Below the pieces are notes generated by a model. That model made no database searches. It had not been told where the DNA came from and worked only from the letters and a program-made list of their open reading frames with translations. Of a stretch of DNA of 64,000 nucleotides, positions 53,188 to 63,999 are shown one piece after another. How positions within the stretch are numbered: the first letter of the stretch is position 1; every line of letters starts with the position of its first letter. The DNA is taken from positions 304,599-368,598 of the forward strand of contig CAVVJQ010000003.1 in the NCBI GenBank assembly GCA_963748615.1. Reading direction: 5' to 3'. Position numbers and translations under genes: made by a program. This DNA is from an uncultured Thermoplasmata archaeon. GTDB lineage: Archaea; Thermoplasmatota; Thermoplasmata; UBA10834.

Positions 53188-53209
53188 ATCGGCACCCAGT
53201 CACGTTATC

Positions 53210-56200
53210 TCACTTCTCTGGGGGTCGAGCCTTCGGAAGCATGATCTTGAAGACCGTGCCATTCGAGAAATCGCCAGGGACCCTGTCCTCGACCCATATC
53301 CTGCCCTGGAACTTCTCCACGATGGTACTAACGATTGATAGACCGAGCCCGAAACCTTTCACGCCGGTACTGCCAGTGGCGAACCTTTCGAACACGGTCT
53401 TCTTGCGTTCATCTGGGATCCCACGGCCCCGGTCGATGACCGATATCACCCAGAAGGCCCCCTGAGCATCGGTCGCATCCGAGACCATGACATCGACATG
53501 GATCGATTTCGCACTGTCGAACTTGACAGCGTTAGATATGATGTTCTGGAACAGGTCGGTGATATATTGATTCGCCATCACGTAGTGCGCGCCCTTCGGA
53601 ACCGATGACGCCACCGTCACTGCCCTGTCGGGGAACGACTTGTTCAAAACCTCCACTGCGCTGGCGATCGGATTGTATATGTCCCACTGCACGAAGTCCT
53701 TGTCGGACATCGCCCGGACCTTGGATAACTTGCGTATGTTGTCAATGATGCGCGCGTTGTTCCTCACCTGCACCAACGCCTTATCAGCATATCTGCGCTG
53801 GCCATCGTCCAGGCGCTTGTCCTGGAGCAACAACTCGATATAGCCCATGATGCCCTGGTTGAAGTTGTTGATGTCATGGGTCATCAGATCGTTAAGCAAC
53901 GCAATCTCGTTGACGGCAAAAACCTGCTTCTCGAACAACCTGGAGTTCTCGACAGCGATCGACGCGATCCCTGACAATATCTCGAGGAACTCGATCTGCT
54001 CCTTTGTGGGAACCTTCATATCGACCGGTTCGTCCACAAGCATATATCCGATGAGCCGACCACTTCGATCCTTCAGAGCGAGCATCAGGATATCTCTCTC
54101 ATGCCAGGCGTCTTCTGATTCGCGAGGTTTCGATGCGAGTTCGGGATGCGCGATGAAGTCGAACTTCTCTATACCATAATCCTGCTTCTCGTATGGGACA
54201 TAATAACTAGTCTCGGCCACGCGGAACTCGTCCCTCATGTCCTCGAGGACATCCTCTGCAGGCATGTGCTCGCCCACCGACACCCATTCAGGGTATCCGG
54301 CCAACGCGCAGTTCACGAACACATTCTTCTCAGGCTCGAGCAGGGACACGGACGCGCGCTTGAATCCGAACGACCGAACGGTCGCATTCGCAAGTCTCCG
54401 CAGGAGGGTGTCGAGGCTGTCCATGTACATCACGGATGTCGTCAGTTCGAGTACGCTGGACATCTGTTCGATCTTCTTCTTGCTCTCACCCAGAAGGGTC
54501 TCTTCCGTCTTGTATAGTTCAGCGTTCTCCACCGCGACCGTGGCTTGGTTGGCGAACAACTGAGCAATCTCGAATTCGGATGATGTGAAAACCTTGCCAC
54601 CCTGTCGATACACTGTGAGCACGCCAATCACACGTTCACGGCCCTTAAGCGGAATGGCCATGATGGCCTCCTCATCCAATGGCGTGCCCTCGACCTGGAC
54701 TGCGCGGGAATCTGAGATTGCGTCATTGATAACCTCGGCCTTGCCCGTCTGAGCGACTTGGCCTGTGACTCCAACTCCGATCGGGAATATATCCGACATC
54801 ACCTCGTCCGTATACGGCCCTATCGCGAGAACGGGCACGACCATCTCCCCACTTGCATCTAGTCGATAGAATGTGAGGGCATCGTACCAGATGACCTCGC
54901 GGAGTTTCTCCGCGACGTATTCGTATATCCCGCTCGAATCGATCTGTCTCTGCATGAGGAAGGCGGTCTCGAGGAGCGCTAGCTGAGACCGCACCCTCTG
55001 GTTCAGGGATGTCAGCAGGTTGGAGTTCTCAAGGGCGATTGCGGCATGATCCGCGAGCGACGACAAGAAAAGCGCGTCGCTCTTCGTGAATTTGGCACCG
55101 TCCATCTTGTTGTATACGTTTATCACGCCGATGCCTTTGCCCTCGATTATCAGAGGTGCCGATACGATAGATTTGATATTGAACAGCTGCCCATCCCTCT
55201 GACTTGCGTCCGGATCGAGCAGATAATTGTTCACGACTTCGGTCTTGAGACGAGAAATGGCTCGTCCAGTGACTCCCCGAGCGGAATTGAATTCGAGCTG
55301 GTCCAGCAATGACTTCTCGACATTGCATGATGCCATCCATCGCAAGTGCCCTGATCCCTCGTCTTTCAGACCGACCAGAGCCTTCTCGCCCTTAAGCAAG
55401 GCTGCGGCGTCCTTTGCAACCTGGTCCAGGATCACTGCGGGCTCCCTCCTGAAGGAGATCTGTTTGCTGATCCTGTCCAGGATGGTAAGAGCCTGCTCCC
55501 GTTCCTTGGATTCCGTGAATGTCCGAGCGTTGATTATGGCGGTGGCGAGGATATCGGCGAGCATCTCGAGCAATGTGACATCGTTCCTGGTGAACGCATC
55601 CTTGGTGTCGCTCTGGATGTCCAATACACCTATGAGATCGCCTCTAAAGACTATAGGGATTGCCAGCTCGGATTTTGTCGCGCTGATATCCTTACTCACG
55701 TAGCGTGGGTCTGCATCGACGTCCCCAGTCACCAGCGTCTCTCCGAAGAAAGCGGCATGACCGATTATGCCCTCCTTGAGCTTGATTGTGATATCCCGGT
55801 GGACCTGTCGGACCTTGGAGCCATCGCCCGCATTGAAGTGCAGTTCACCTCGATCCTTGTCCATCATCATGACCACGACATGTTGGTACCCGAAGCCGCT
55901 CGCAATAGACTTGGCGAACTCCTTCATCAGGTCGTGTGGGTCCATGATCGATGTCACCACTCGGCTGATCTTGTTGATGGTCGTAAGCTGGTTGACCCGT
56001 TTTGCAAGCTCGGCGGTCCTGGCCTCCATCTTCTTCTCGAGCTGATATTTGTACTTCTCGAGCTCGACCTTCTCGGACCGTTCCCTCGTGATGTCCCTGA
56101 ACAGACCGACTATGCCGATCGCAGTTCCTTCGGGTGTCTTTACGGGTTTGGTCTCGACGTGGAGGATGGAGGGTCCATTGCCATCTCGATTGATGGTCAT

Positions 56201-56818
56201 CTCTCCGGACCATCCGTGGTCCATCGAGTCCTTGAGTACTTGACGCATCATGGCCTCGGGTTCGATGTGCTCCTCCATCGTCATTATGTTGAGCTTCGAG
56301 AGTCTATCCCTGCTGTACCCTGTCACCGTCTCGAAAAACTTGTTGGAATAGACGATGCGCCCATCCGCATCTGCAACAGCGACCGCTTCTGCCATCTGGT
56401 CGAGCGATGCGGCGAGACTCCTCAGATACTGCTCCTGTTCGGTCTGCACGGTTATGTCACGTTCGAAGGAGAAATAGTATACTTCACCGGTCTCATCGTC
56501 CTCGTATCTGGTCGTAGTCAGCTCGTATACCGTCCCGTCCGGCTCCTTGGCCGTGCGAGAATGCGGAAAATTGGACGGGTCCCAGTTCTGCGCAACGGGG
56601 CAGCCTTTGCACACGTCCCCGGATCCGAGCGCAGTCTCGTAACACTTCTTGCCCACAAGATCGCCGTATGAATCCCGCAGGGCCTTGCTCATGAAAACGA
56701 CTGTGCGGTCCTCGCGGACCACGGATACGCGTCCTGGATATGCTTCTAGCAGCGAAAGCCGATGCTCGAACGAACCGGATGGCTTCTCTTGCTTTAGGGT
56801 GTCTATTGAGCTTCTCAT
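53210..56818 (-). CDS. Large cytoplasmic sensor histidine kinase (2 PAS + about 4 GAF)
   Basis: PAS (RDITR), repeated GAF motifs (GIIGH, GVTGR, GVTGQ), H-box LMTHDINN, NAVKF, DRGRGIP, GFGLGL. Confidence 0.92.
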   Translation of the reverse strand: MRSSIDTLKQEKPSGSFEHRLSLLEAYPGRVSVVREDRTVVFMSKALRDSYGDLVGKKCYETALGSGDVCKGCPVAQNWDPSNFPHSRTAKEPDGTVYELTTTRYEDDETGEVYYFSFERDITVQTEQEQYLRSLAASLDQMAEAVAVADADGRIVYSNKFFETVTGYSRDRLSKLNIMTMEEHIEPEAMMRQVLKDSMDHGWSGEMTINRDGNGPSILHVETKPVKTPEGTAIGIVGLFRDITRERSEKVELEKYKYQLEKKMEARTAELAKRVNQLTTINKISRVVTSIMDPHDLMKEFAKSIASGFGYQHVVVMMMDKDRGELHFNAGDGSKVRQVHRDITIKLKEGIIGHAAFFGETLVTGDVDADPRYVSKDISATKSELAIPIVFRGDLIGVLDIQSDTKDAFTRNDVTLLEMLADILATAIINARTFTESKEREQALTILDRISKQISFRREPAVILDQVAKDAAALLKGEKALVGLKDEGSGHLRWMASCNVEKSLLDQLEFNSARGVTGRAISRLKTEVVNNYLLDPDASQRDGQLFNIKSIVSAPLIIEGKGIGVINVYNKMDGAKFTKSDALFLSSLADHAAIALENSNLLTSLNQRVRSQLALLETAFLMQRQIDSSGIYEYVAEKLREVIWYDALTFYRLDASGEMVVPVLAIGPYTDEVMSDIFPIGVGVTGQVAQTGKAEVINDAISDSRAVQVEGTPLDEEAIMAIPLKGRERVIGVLTVYRQGGKVFTSSEFEIAQLFANQATVAVENAELYKTEETLLGESKKKIEQMSSVLELTTSVMYMDSLDTLLRRLANATVRSFGFKRASVSLLEPEKNVFVNCALAGYPEWVSVGEHMPAEDVLEDMRDEFRVAETSYYVPYEKQDYGIEKFDFIAHPELASKPRESEDAWHERDILMLALKDRSGRLIGYMLVDEPVDMKVPTKEQIEFLEILSGIASIAVENSRLFEKQVFAVNEIALLNDLMTHDINNFNQGIMGYIELLLQDKRLDDGQRRYADKALVQVRNNARIIDNIRKLSKVRAMSDKDFVQWDIYNPIASAVEVLNKSFPDRAVTVASSVPKGAHYVMANQYITDLFQNIISNAVKFDSAKSIHVDVMVSDATDAQGAFWVISVIDRGRGIPDERKKTVFERFATGSTGVKGFGLGLSIVSTIVEKFQGRIWVEDRVPGDFSNGTVFKIMLPKARPPEK

Positions 56819-57008
56819 CGTCGTCGGTTTCACCCTACTCCGAGGCTGGCAATCCGACTCATAGTTCCCGGTCATCAATAAACGTTTCGTAGCGGGTGGT
56901 CTCCATGGAGAAGAAGGTGTTCCGCGCACCCGCTCGGGTCTGCGATTGCCAGAGATGGCCGCGATGGAATCCAATAGCTTTAACTAGCAAATCCACTATG
57001 GAACCACG

Positions 57009-57635
57009 ATGGCAGCCGACGAGAGTGTCGATTACGAAGCCCTCCTCGAAAGGGCAAAGAAGAAGTTGCCCCAGAAAGTGGAATCACACGAGAGGTTCAA
57101 GATACCCGAGCCAGATGTGATGATCGAGGGCAAGACGACAGCCATCAGGAACTTCGCTGATATCGTCGGTACCCTGAGACGGGAACCCGATCACCTCCTA
57201 GGATATCTGCTGAGAGAACTCGGGACGGCAGGAACGATGGAGGGAACGAGGGCCGTCTTCAAGGGTAAGGTCGCCACATCGCAGATCATCGACAGGATCG
57301 ACAATTACGTTTCAGAATATGTTTTATGTTCGGAGTGCGAGAGCCCTGACACGAACATGGTCAAGGACGGCAGGGTGCTCATACTCACCTGTGAGACCTG
57401 TGGCGCCCACAGACCAGTGCATGTGAGAAAGCACATGAAGGCCGAGGAAGTGAAGGAGATAGAGGCCGGAAAGGTGTACGACCTCCTCATAAAAGATGTC
57501 GGCAAGAAGGGAGATGGGATCGCCCGCAAGGGAGAGTTCATCATCTACGTTCCAGGCACTGCAAAGGGTGTTCAGGTCAAGGTCAAGATCGAGAAGGTGT
57601 CCGGAACGGTGGCCTTTGGAACGCTCGTCAGGTAG
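57009..57635 (+). CDS. eif2b: Translation initiation factor aIF-2 beta with C-terminal TRAM domain
   Basis: RELGTAG, Zn ribbon CSECESPDT...CETCGA, TRAM GKKGDGIA. Confidence 0.96.
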   Translation: MAADESVDYEALLERAKKKLPQKVESHERFKIPEPDVMIEGKTTAIRNFADIVGTLRREPDHLLGYLLRELGTAGTMEGTRAVFKGKVATSQIIDRIDNYVSEYVLCSECESPDTNMVKDGRVLILTCETCGAHRPVHVRKHMKAEEVKEIEAGKVYDLLIKDVGKKGDGIARKGEFIIYVPGTAKGVQVKVKIEKVSGTVAFGTLVR

Positions 57636-57644
57636 GACACGGCG

Positions 57645-58547
57645 TCACGGGATCGTTATCTTGCCTCTCACGGTAGGCCTTACGGATCCGCCGACATCCA
57701 CTTTCTTGATGGTAGATCCACGCTTCTCTATCCGGACATGAATCCTGGATGGTCGCCCCATGAAATGCCCTTGCTCGATTATCACTTCACCCATTCTATC
57801 CCTGGGTATGAAATCGTTGTCCGCGATGTATGAGGCGAGCGCACCTGCGGGCATGCCAGATGCGGGATCTTCATGACACGACGGTGTCGGGAGGAAGCAC
57901 CTCGCATGGACAGTCGTGGAAGAATCGAAGCCACCCCACACATAGACCGCGACCGCGCCTACCTCGAGGTCCTTGCATAGGCTGACGAGTTCGTTCGGTC
58001 GCGGGTTTAGCTTTTCGATCACTTCGAGGGACCGCACCGCGACCAGCAGACAAGGCAACCCAGTCGACGCCCTGCTCATTGGGAACTCCTTGTGGAATAT
58101 CGATTCCGCACCGATGCCCAGCGCGCTGGCCACCTCGGTCACTTCATCAACCTTGGAGAACATTGGCCTCTTCTGAGTCATCCAGACACTCTTGGTCCCC
58201 TCAGAGTTGAGCTCCACATAGAAAGGGAGTATGCCCACGGAGGTCTCGGCTCTGTGTCTGCTCCCGAAGGTTGTCCCGAAAGCATCTTGGTCGGCCATAG
58301 CCCACAGCGCGCCGATCGTCGAGTGCCCGCTTATCGGGACCTCTGAGTCAGCATCGAAGAATCTCAGTTTGACATCCGCCTTCTTCGACCTCATGACGAA
58401 GACCGTCTCTGGTGATCCGAGCTCGTATGCTATGCCCTGCATCACGATCTCGTCGAGCGTGTCCGCGCCGAACACGACCCAGGTAGGATTGCCACTGAAC
58501 CGGCTCTCGGCGAACACGTCCAATTTGAGCACTTCCAGCTCAGTCAC
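57645..58547 (-). CDS. PhzF family isomerase
   Basis: DVF....SGNP, ETVF, EDPASG, EQGHFMGRPS. Confidence 0.92.
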   Translation of the reverse strand: MTELEVLKLDVFAESRFSGNPTWVVFGADTLDEIVMQGIAYELGSPETVFVMRSKKADVKLRFFDADSEVPISGHSTIGALWAMADQDAFGTTFGSRHRAETSVGILPFYVELNSEGTKSVWMTQKRPMFSKVDEVTEVASALGIGAESIFHKEFPMSRASTGLPCLLVAVRSLEVIEKLNPRPNELVSLCKDLEVGAVAVYVWGGFDSSTTVHARCFLPTPSCHEDPASGMPAGALASYIADNDFIPRDRMGEVIIEQGHFMGRPSRIHVRIEKRGSTIKKVDVGGSVRPTVRGKITIP

Positions 58548-58632
58548 GGATATTGCTAGGGCTTTTGGCTATATTGATGTTTTTCCCACCAGACGCAAAA
58601 GTATTTCTAAAGCGCTGCGGAATAGCGTGACG

Positions 58633-59559
58633 ATGGACGACACCAACAGGGCAGTTCTGATCATGGCTGCGATATTCGTGTTCTCGCAGTTGGGAGCGCT
58701 TGTACTCGTTGCGTCCGCACTTGGAGAGGAGAACCAGGCGTTCGAGGACCCGAACGACCCGATGATACCTGTCTATTATGTGATAGCAATCGTGATGTTC
58801 ACATTCCTTGTATTATACATAATAAAGAAGAAGCGGGACGACGTCGTGAGGATCATATTCATCGGCGCGGTATCGTTCACGATATTCTATGTGATCCTGA
58901 CAGTCGCGATACTCTTCGACGAGGGATTGTTGGCGCTGATGACCTCGATCGCGCTCACAGCCATCCTCGTATATCTGCTCGTGAAGAAGCCAGAATGGTA
59001 CGTCGTCGACGCGACAGGAATACTAGTCGCGATTGGCGTCATCGGGATACTGGGCGTATCCCTCAACATCCTGCCAGTTCTGATATTACTCATAATCCTC
59101 GCCGTATATGATGCGATATCTGTCTACGGCACGAAGCACATGGTCGACTTGGCGGATGGCGTGACCAAGATGCACCTGCCCATCCTGCTGGTCATACCGA
59201 AGAGAAGAGGGTTCTCATATCTCCGCCAGAAGTCTTTGAAGGCTCAGCTCGACGAGGGAGAGGAGAGGGAGGCCATGTACATGGGCCTGGGAGACATCAT
59301 AATCCCAGGAGTGCTCGTGGCTTCGGCGTTCTATTTCCTACCATCCGAGATCCTGGGAGGAATGGAGGGCAACCTCCTGGTCGCCCTAGGAACCATAGTC
59401 GGCGCAACCATCGGATTCTTGGTGCTCATGAGGTACGTGCTCAAAGGGAACCCTCAGGCAGGGCTACCGTTGTTGAACGGCGGCGCTGTCGCCGGATACG
59501 CGATAGCCTATCTGATAGTATTCCAGGAATTCTCCCTGGGGATCTCATTGCCATGGTGA
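58633..59559 (+). CDS. Presenilin-family intramembrane aspartyl protease (PSH)
   Basis: YDAISVY, GLGD, PQAGLPLLN. Confidence 0.94.
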   Translation: MDDTNRAVLIMAAIFVFSQLGALVLVASALGEENQAFEDPNDPMIPVYYVIAIVMFTFLVLYIIKKKRDDVVRIIFIGAVSFTIFYVILTVAILFDEGLLALMTSIALTAILVYLLVKKPEWYVVDATGILVAIGVIGILGVSLNILPVLILLIILAVYDAISVYGTKHMVDLADGVTKMHLPILLVIPKRRGFSYLRQKSLKAQLDEGEEREAMYMGLGDIIIPGVLVASAFYFLPSEILGGMEGNLLVALGTIVGATIGFLVLMRYVLKGNPQAGLPLLNGGAVAGYAIAYLIVFQEFSLGISLPW

Positions 59560-59563
59560 TCAG

Positions 59564-60199
59564 ATGAAAGAATTGAAACTGCTGATATGCGCCGACCTTC
59601 ACGCATCGGAAGATGCGATCAAGCTGCTAGGTAAGGTGGCCAGCGAAGACACGTTCGATGCGGTAGTGGTGTGCGGCGACCTCACGACATATGGCTCCGA
59701 GAAGTATGTGAAGAAGGTCATTGACACTTTCGGAGACAAGCTCCTGGCAGTTCCAGGCAACTGCGACACCGCGGACATGCTTAAGTTGCTGGAACAATCG
59801 GGATGCAGCCTGCACGGCGCATCGTCCGAGATAGATGGTAGAGTGTTCTATGGCTGCGGTGGAGGGCTCCCCTCGCCCGCGTCAATGCCATTCGAGCTGG
59901 ATGAACAGGAGATAGTGCGAATATTGAACGATGTCGCGGTCAAGGGAGGCGTCATGGTGACCCATACGCCACCCCATGGCATGAACGACATCGACAGGTC
60001 TGGAAGGAACGCTGGATCGCAGGGGATCATGGGAGTGATCGAGAAGCACAGGCCGAGGATGGTCCTCTCGGGACACATCCATGAGTCGAGAGGGTGCAAG
60101 AAGAAGGACGGCACGGTATTCGTGAACCCGGGACCAGCTAGGGGAGGGCACTATGCTATCGTCAGGATAGGGGACGACGTCCTGGTCGACCTATTCTGA
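59564..60199 (+). CDS. Calcineurin-like metallophosphoesterase
   Basis: DLH, GDLT, GNCD, HTPP, GHIHE, NPG. Confidence 0.93.
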   Translation: MKELKLLICADLHASEDAIKLLGKVASEDTFDAVVVCGDLTTYGSEKYVKKVIDTFGDKLLAVPGNCDTADMLKLLEQSGCSLHGASSEIDGRVFYGCGGGLPSPASMPFELDEQEIVRILNDVAVKGGVMVTHTPPHGMNDIDRSGRNAGSQGIMGVIEKHRPRMVLSGHIHESRGCKKKDGTVFVNPGPARGGHYAIVRIGDDVLVDLF

Positions 60200-60264
60200 G
60201 CCTTCGGTGAGTCACAAAAGCTTTTAATACCCTTCCCACTTTCACATCTCGCGAGAGGTTTCAG

Positions 60265-60651
60265 ATGGCCATTTGGCAAGGAAGACCAAAGAGGAAGTCT
60301 TCGGGCGGAAGGATCACACCGGCCAGGAAGAAGAGGAGATTCGAGATCGGCCGAGAGAAGCAGTTCACCCGCCTGGGCCCCAGGAAGGTCAAGATGTACA
60401 GGACGAAAGGGGCAAACTCGAAGGCAAGACTCCTGCTGGCCGATACAGTAAATGTCGTGGATCCTAAAACGAATACCGTCAAGAAGGTCGTTATCCAGAC
60501 AGTCAAGAGCAACCCCTCGAACCCGAACTATGTCCAGCGTAACATCATGACGAAGGGCGCGACGATCATGACTGAGCTGGGCGAGGCTGTCATCACATCC
60601 AGATGCGGTCAGGACGGCGTCGTGAACGCCACCTTGATCAAACCGGAATGA
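60265..60651 (+). CDS. rps8e: 30S ribosomal protein S8e
   Basis: RKKRRFEIGRE, NPSNPNYVQRNIMTKGA, GQDGVVNA. Confidence 0.97.
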   Translation: MAIWQGRPKRKSSGGRITPARKKRRFEIGREKQFTRLGPRKVKMYRTKGANSKARLLLADTVNVVDPKTNTVKKVVIQTVKSNPSNPNYVQRNIMTKGATIMTELGEAVITSRCGQDGVVNATLIKPE

Positions 60652-60695
60652 TCGGCGACCAGGTTCGGAGCTCGTTTTTCCGATTCTCTGCTTGA

Positions 60696-62043
60696 TTACG
60701 CTGAGCGCGTTATGTTTGCATTTCTCATGCGAAGCGAGGGCAGTGTGGATGGCGGAGCAGCTTCGTCCCACCAGAAGACCTCTTGGGCGGTCTTTGTTAT
60801 GCCGTCCACAGTTCTTCCAGAGATTGAGCATGTTGTCGCTCACCCGGATATTCTTCACAGAGCCAACGATCTCCCCGTCCCGTATCTGCAGGATGGCGTC
60901 TCGTGGGATCGTCGAGAAATCACCCTTCGAATAGCTCTGGAACCTGGTGTACCAGGCGTTGTTCAGGTAGAGGCCGGACGCGGTATCCTCTATCAACTCG
61001 TCCAACTTCCAGCATCCTGGCTCCAGTATGGGATGGAAGGCGGTCGGCTGTCCAGGTGTATCGAAGGTAGATGGGACGAGGGACCCCATGTTGCCAGTGG
61101 GCTTAGCCTTGAACTTCTTCGCGGTTGCCGTGCTATGAAGATATGTCTTGAGGACTCCATCCTTGATCACGACGTTCCGCCTAGTGGGTCGACCCTCGTG
61201 GTCGAACGATCTTCGAGATATGGATACGATCGTCGGGTCATCCACGAACGTGACATCTTCAGACATAACCTTCTTCCCGACCTTCTTCGCAAACATCGAC
61301 ATGCCGATATCCACAGCGAAAGCCGACATCATGAGGGTGGTCGAATGCGTCAGGCTTCCCAGGAACAACGGTTCGACGATGATGTCGGTCTTGCCAATAT
61401 CGCCCTGGATGGGATTCCTAGCCTTTCTCGCCAGAATCCCTGCGCGGACTCCGGTGCCTTTTGCATCCATCTTGGCGATGCGGGGAACGCAACAGACCGC
61501 GTGGCCAGAGGCTTCCGGCTCCGAGAATGCACGGACGGAGAGTTCGACGGACGCGGACTCATCATTCGCGTACGCGCCCCCGGAGCTCGCGATGCCGGTC
61601 CGGTGATGTCGCGCGAAGAATGTCCCGCCGACCTCGACCGCTCCCTCGGACTCTGCGCCAGATATCGCATCGTAGACGAACTTCGCAGGAGACCGAATGT
61701 CCGTGATCTTCTTGTCCGCAATGGATCGTTTGTACTTGAATCGGCCACTCGGGATGCCGCGATAGTTCTTGTTCTCAGGGGCGATCCTCGCGGCCTGGAC
61801 TGCAGCTGGGACCGCATCCAGCGCGTGGTCGATGTCCCTCAGGTCCGTGGCGAAGTTCTTCTTGCCTACCGCGACGAAGAGAACCGCGTGATGCTCCCGC
61901 CACATGTTGGAAGCATCGATGCGGTTGGATGAATACCGGATCTGATTGGTCCTGGACTCGATCACTTCGCATATGGCGTCGTCTGCGCCGAGGCTGCGGG
62001 CCTTCTGGACGATCTCCTCGGCCGTTTCCTTGAAGCCTTTCAA
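60696..62043 (-). pseudogene. pmbA: PmbA/TldE family protein with +1 frameshift at about 60810 (pseudogene or sequence error)
   Basis: FDHEG, WYTRFQ, NIRVSDN; removing one base restores ...WKNVDGITKTAQEVFWWDEAAPP...ITRSA-stop; span 1348 = 3n+1. Confidence 0.8.
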
Positions 62044-63455
62044 GAGAGAGTCACCCCCCTCAAGCGCATCATCGGGCCGCCCGTGAACACCGCCATGCTC
62101 TGGATCGGGTCGCCCTTCCCACATTCCGCAGCCTGGTATTCGACATTCTTGGACACCGCATCCAGGGAACCCCAGAACTCAGGGGTCGTTATCTCGAGAA
62201 CGCACTTTCTCGCTGGCCCAGCCAATTCGCCATCCTTGATGAAATAGGCCTCGCGAGAGACGTATTTCTGATTGAACCTCTTGTCATCGATGTTCCATTC
62301 GGTGAACGAGTGCATCAACACGCCCGACTTCACCGACCCGAATATCTCATCATCCTCGAAATCGCCAGGGGCGACATACGTGTTCGCCATACGGACTATC
62401 GGCTCCTGAAGGTACGTTTCGGACCTTGAGGAACCATTGCTGGTCGTGCCCAGCCTACCAGCGGTCTCCCTGTTGGTATAGAACTCATTGATGATGCCCG
62501 CCTTGTAAAGGTATCGCGGATGGGCCTTCACCCCTTCCTGATCATATGCATAGTAACCGTACGAGTTCCGGACCGTCGGGTCGTCTATGACCGTCGCATA
62601 TTCCGAGCCTATCCTCGAACCGATCATATCCGGGGAAACGAATGATTTGCCAGCTTGGGACATCTCTCGCCCCAGTATACGGTCAGCCTCCATAGGGTGC
62701 CCGCAGGATTCATGAGCAGCAATGCCAGCCACCTCGGGGCCACAGACAAGGTCATACTTGCCAGGCTTCACCGGTTTGCCATGCTCGATCATCTTCTTCA
62801 GCATGTGCACCTCCTTGTCGAGCGCGTTCGGAATGTCCCATCCCTCGGCGATCTCCCAGCCACCGGTTCCGCCCCATTCCCTCATCGATTGTTCGCTCTG
62901 ACCTTTCGAGGAGACCACCAGGAACGAATCGAACCTCAGCCTGGGCAGACGCGATGAGATCATTGACCCTTCGGAGTTGGCGAAATAGCTCTCGATCCGG
63001 GCATCGCGGAGCTCGAGGAATCTCCCCTGGATCTTCACCTTCGAACCCATGATGGACTTGTCGACCCCTTTGAGGAACTCGACCCTGTCGTCGATCGTCA
63101 TGTCTGCGATGGGTTTGGACTCGCCGACCGACCAACTCGTGGTGACGGTGGGTTCGTCCGAGAAGGAGATTGGCTCCTTCAGGTTGACGTTCCTTGCCAG
63201 TTTGAACGCCTTGTCCGCCATCGCCTTACCGATCTCACTCGAGATGCCGTTCGTGCTTGCAAAGCCTATCCCAGTCGGAAGGACCACGCGGACGTTCATT
63301 CCGATATCCCTGTTCGATCCGAGACTGCTGACCACTCCGGACTGAACCGTGACATCCGTCCTCTCAGAGACTTCCATACGGACCTCCACCAGTTTCGCAT
63401 TTGCGAACGAGCGTGCATAGTCAAGGACCGTTTCTGCGATATCTTCGTCAATCAC
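62040..63455 (-). CDS. tldD: TldD family metalloprotease
   Basis: HESCGH, YDQEG, RMANT, CGKG; GTG start after GAGGT; TTGA overlap with pmbA. Confidence 0.93.
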   Translation of the reverse strand: MIDEDIAETVLDYARSFANAKLVEVRMEVSERTDVTVQSGVVSSLGSNRDIGMNVRVVLPTGIGFASTNGISSEIGKAMADKAFKLARNVNLKEPISFSDEPTVTTSWSVGESKPIADMTIDDRVEFLKGVDKSIMGSKVKIQGRFLELRDARIESYFANSEGSMISSRLPRLRFDSFLVVSSKGQSEQSMREWGGTGGWEIAEGWDIPNALDKEVHMLKKMIEHGKPVKPGKYDLVCGPEVAGIAAHESCGHPMEADRILGREMSQAGKSFVSPDMIGSRIGSEYATVIDDPTVRNSYGYYAYDQEGVKAHPRYLYKAGIINEFYTNRETAGRLGTTSNGSSRSETYLQEPIVRMANTYVAPGDFEDDEIFGSVKSGVLMHSFTEWNIDDKRFNQKYVSREAYFIKDGELAGPARKCVLEITTPEFWGSLDAVSKNVEYQAAECGKGDPIQSMAVFTGGPMMRLRGVTLS

Positions 63456-63562
63456 AACCTCGCCTCGGCCAGGTAATCGCATAGTCCAGTAGATAAGAGT
63501 ACTTCCGAACGTGCGGACCGACAGGATTAGATATGGGTGGGACGTTTGGACAAATGAGCCAT

Positions 63563-63859
63563 ATGACCGTAGACCCTGAGAAAGCCATCGTCCTCTGGCC
63601 GACTTATTTCGACGTGAAGATAAGCAGGGAGGATGGACGGCGAGTGCCAAGGAGGGACGCCATCGATGCACCTACCGCACATATGCTTTATCAGGCGGTG
63701 AGGGCCCTCGACCTCGATTGTATACTCGAACTCGAAAAGGCGTATCCGAGGTTCTGGTACAGGAAAGAGGGAAGAGTGCTTGTGGAGCCCAAGCTGGACA
63801 AGAAGAAGTTGGTTGCCGAGGTGGCAGCTAGACTGAAGACGGTACCCCGCGAAAAGTAG
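63563..63859 (+). CDS. srp19: Signal recognition particle protein SRP19
   Basis: LWPTYFD...SREDGRRVP, KAYPR.W...GRV; start could be 63533 or 63554. Confidence 0.93.
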   Translation: MTVDPEKAIVLWPTYFDVKISREDGRRVPRRDAIDAPTAHMLYQAVRALDLDCILELEKAYPRFWYRKEGRVLVEPKLDKKKLVAEVAARLKTVPREK

Positions 63860-63867
63860 GTCGGAAC

Positions 63868-63999
63868 TCAACGGTCCTGAGGGGTCTCCACTTCTTCGAC
63901 GAGCATCTTGCCCGCGGACACGCTGTCGACCGAGTGTATCACCGCTCCGCAATCGGAGATGGTCTCCTCGAGACTCTCGAAATCGATTGCGTTGCCGAC
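63868..63999 (-). CDS. DUF211 family protein, 3' part (runs off the right edge)
   Basis: Minus strand reads VGNAIDFESLEETISDCGAVIHSVDSVSAGKMLVEEVETPQDR-stop. Confidence 0.8.
   Translation of the reverse strand, partial: VGNAIDFESLEETISDCGAVIHSVDSVSAGKMLVEEVETPQDR

Noticed and set aside
57009..57635. aIF-2beta fused to TRAM
   Set aside because: Known architecture in Thermoplasmatota and several euryarchaeal groups.
60151..60695. Apparent C-terminal extension of the 657-aa PmbA ORF
   Set aside because: Product of the frameshift at about 60810; it overlaps rps8e antisense.
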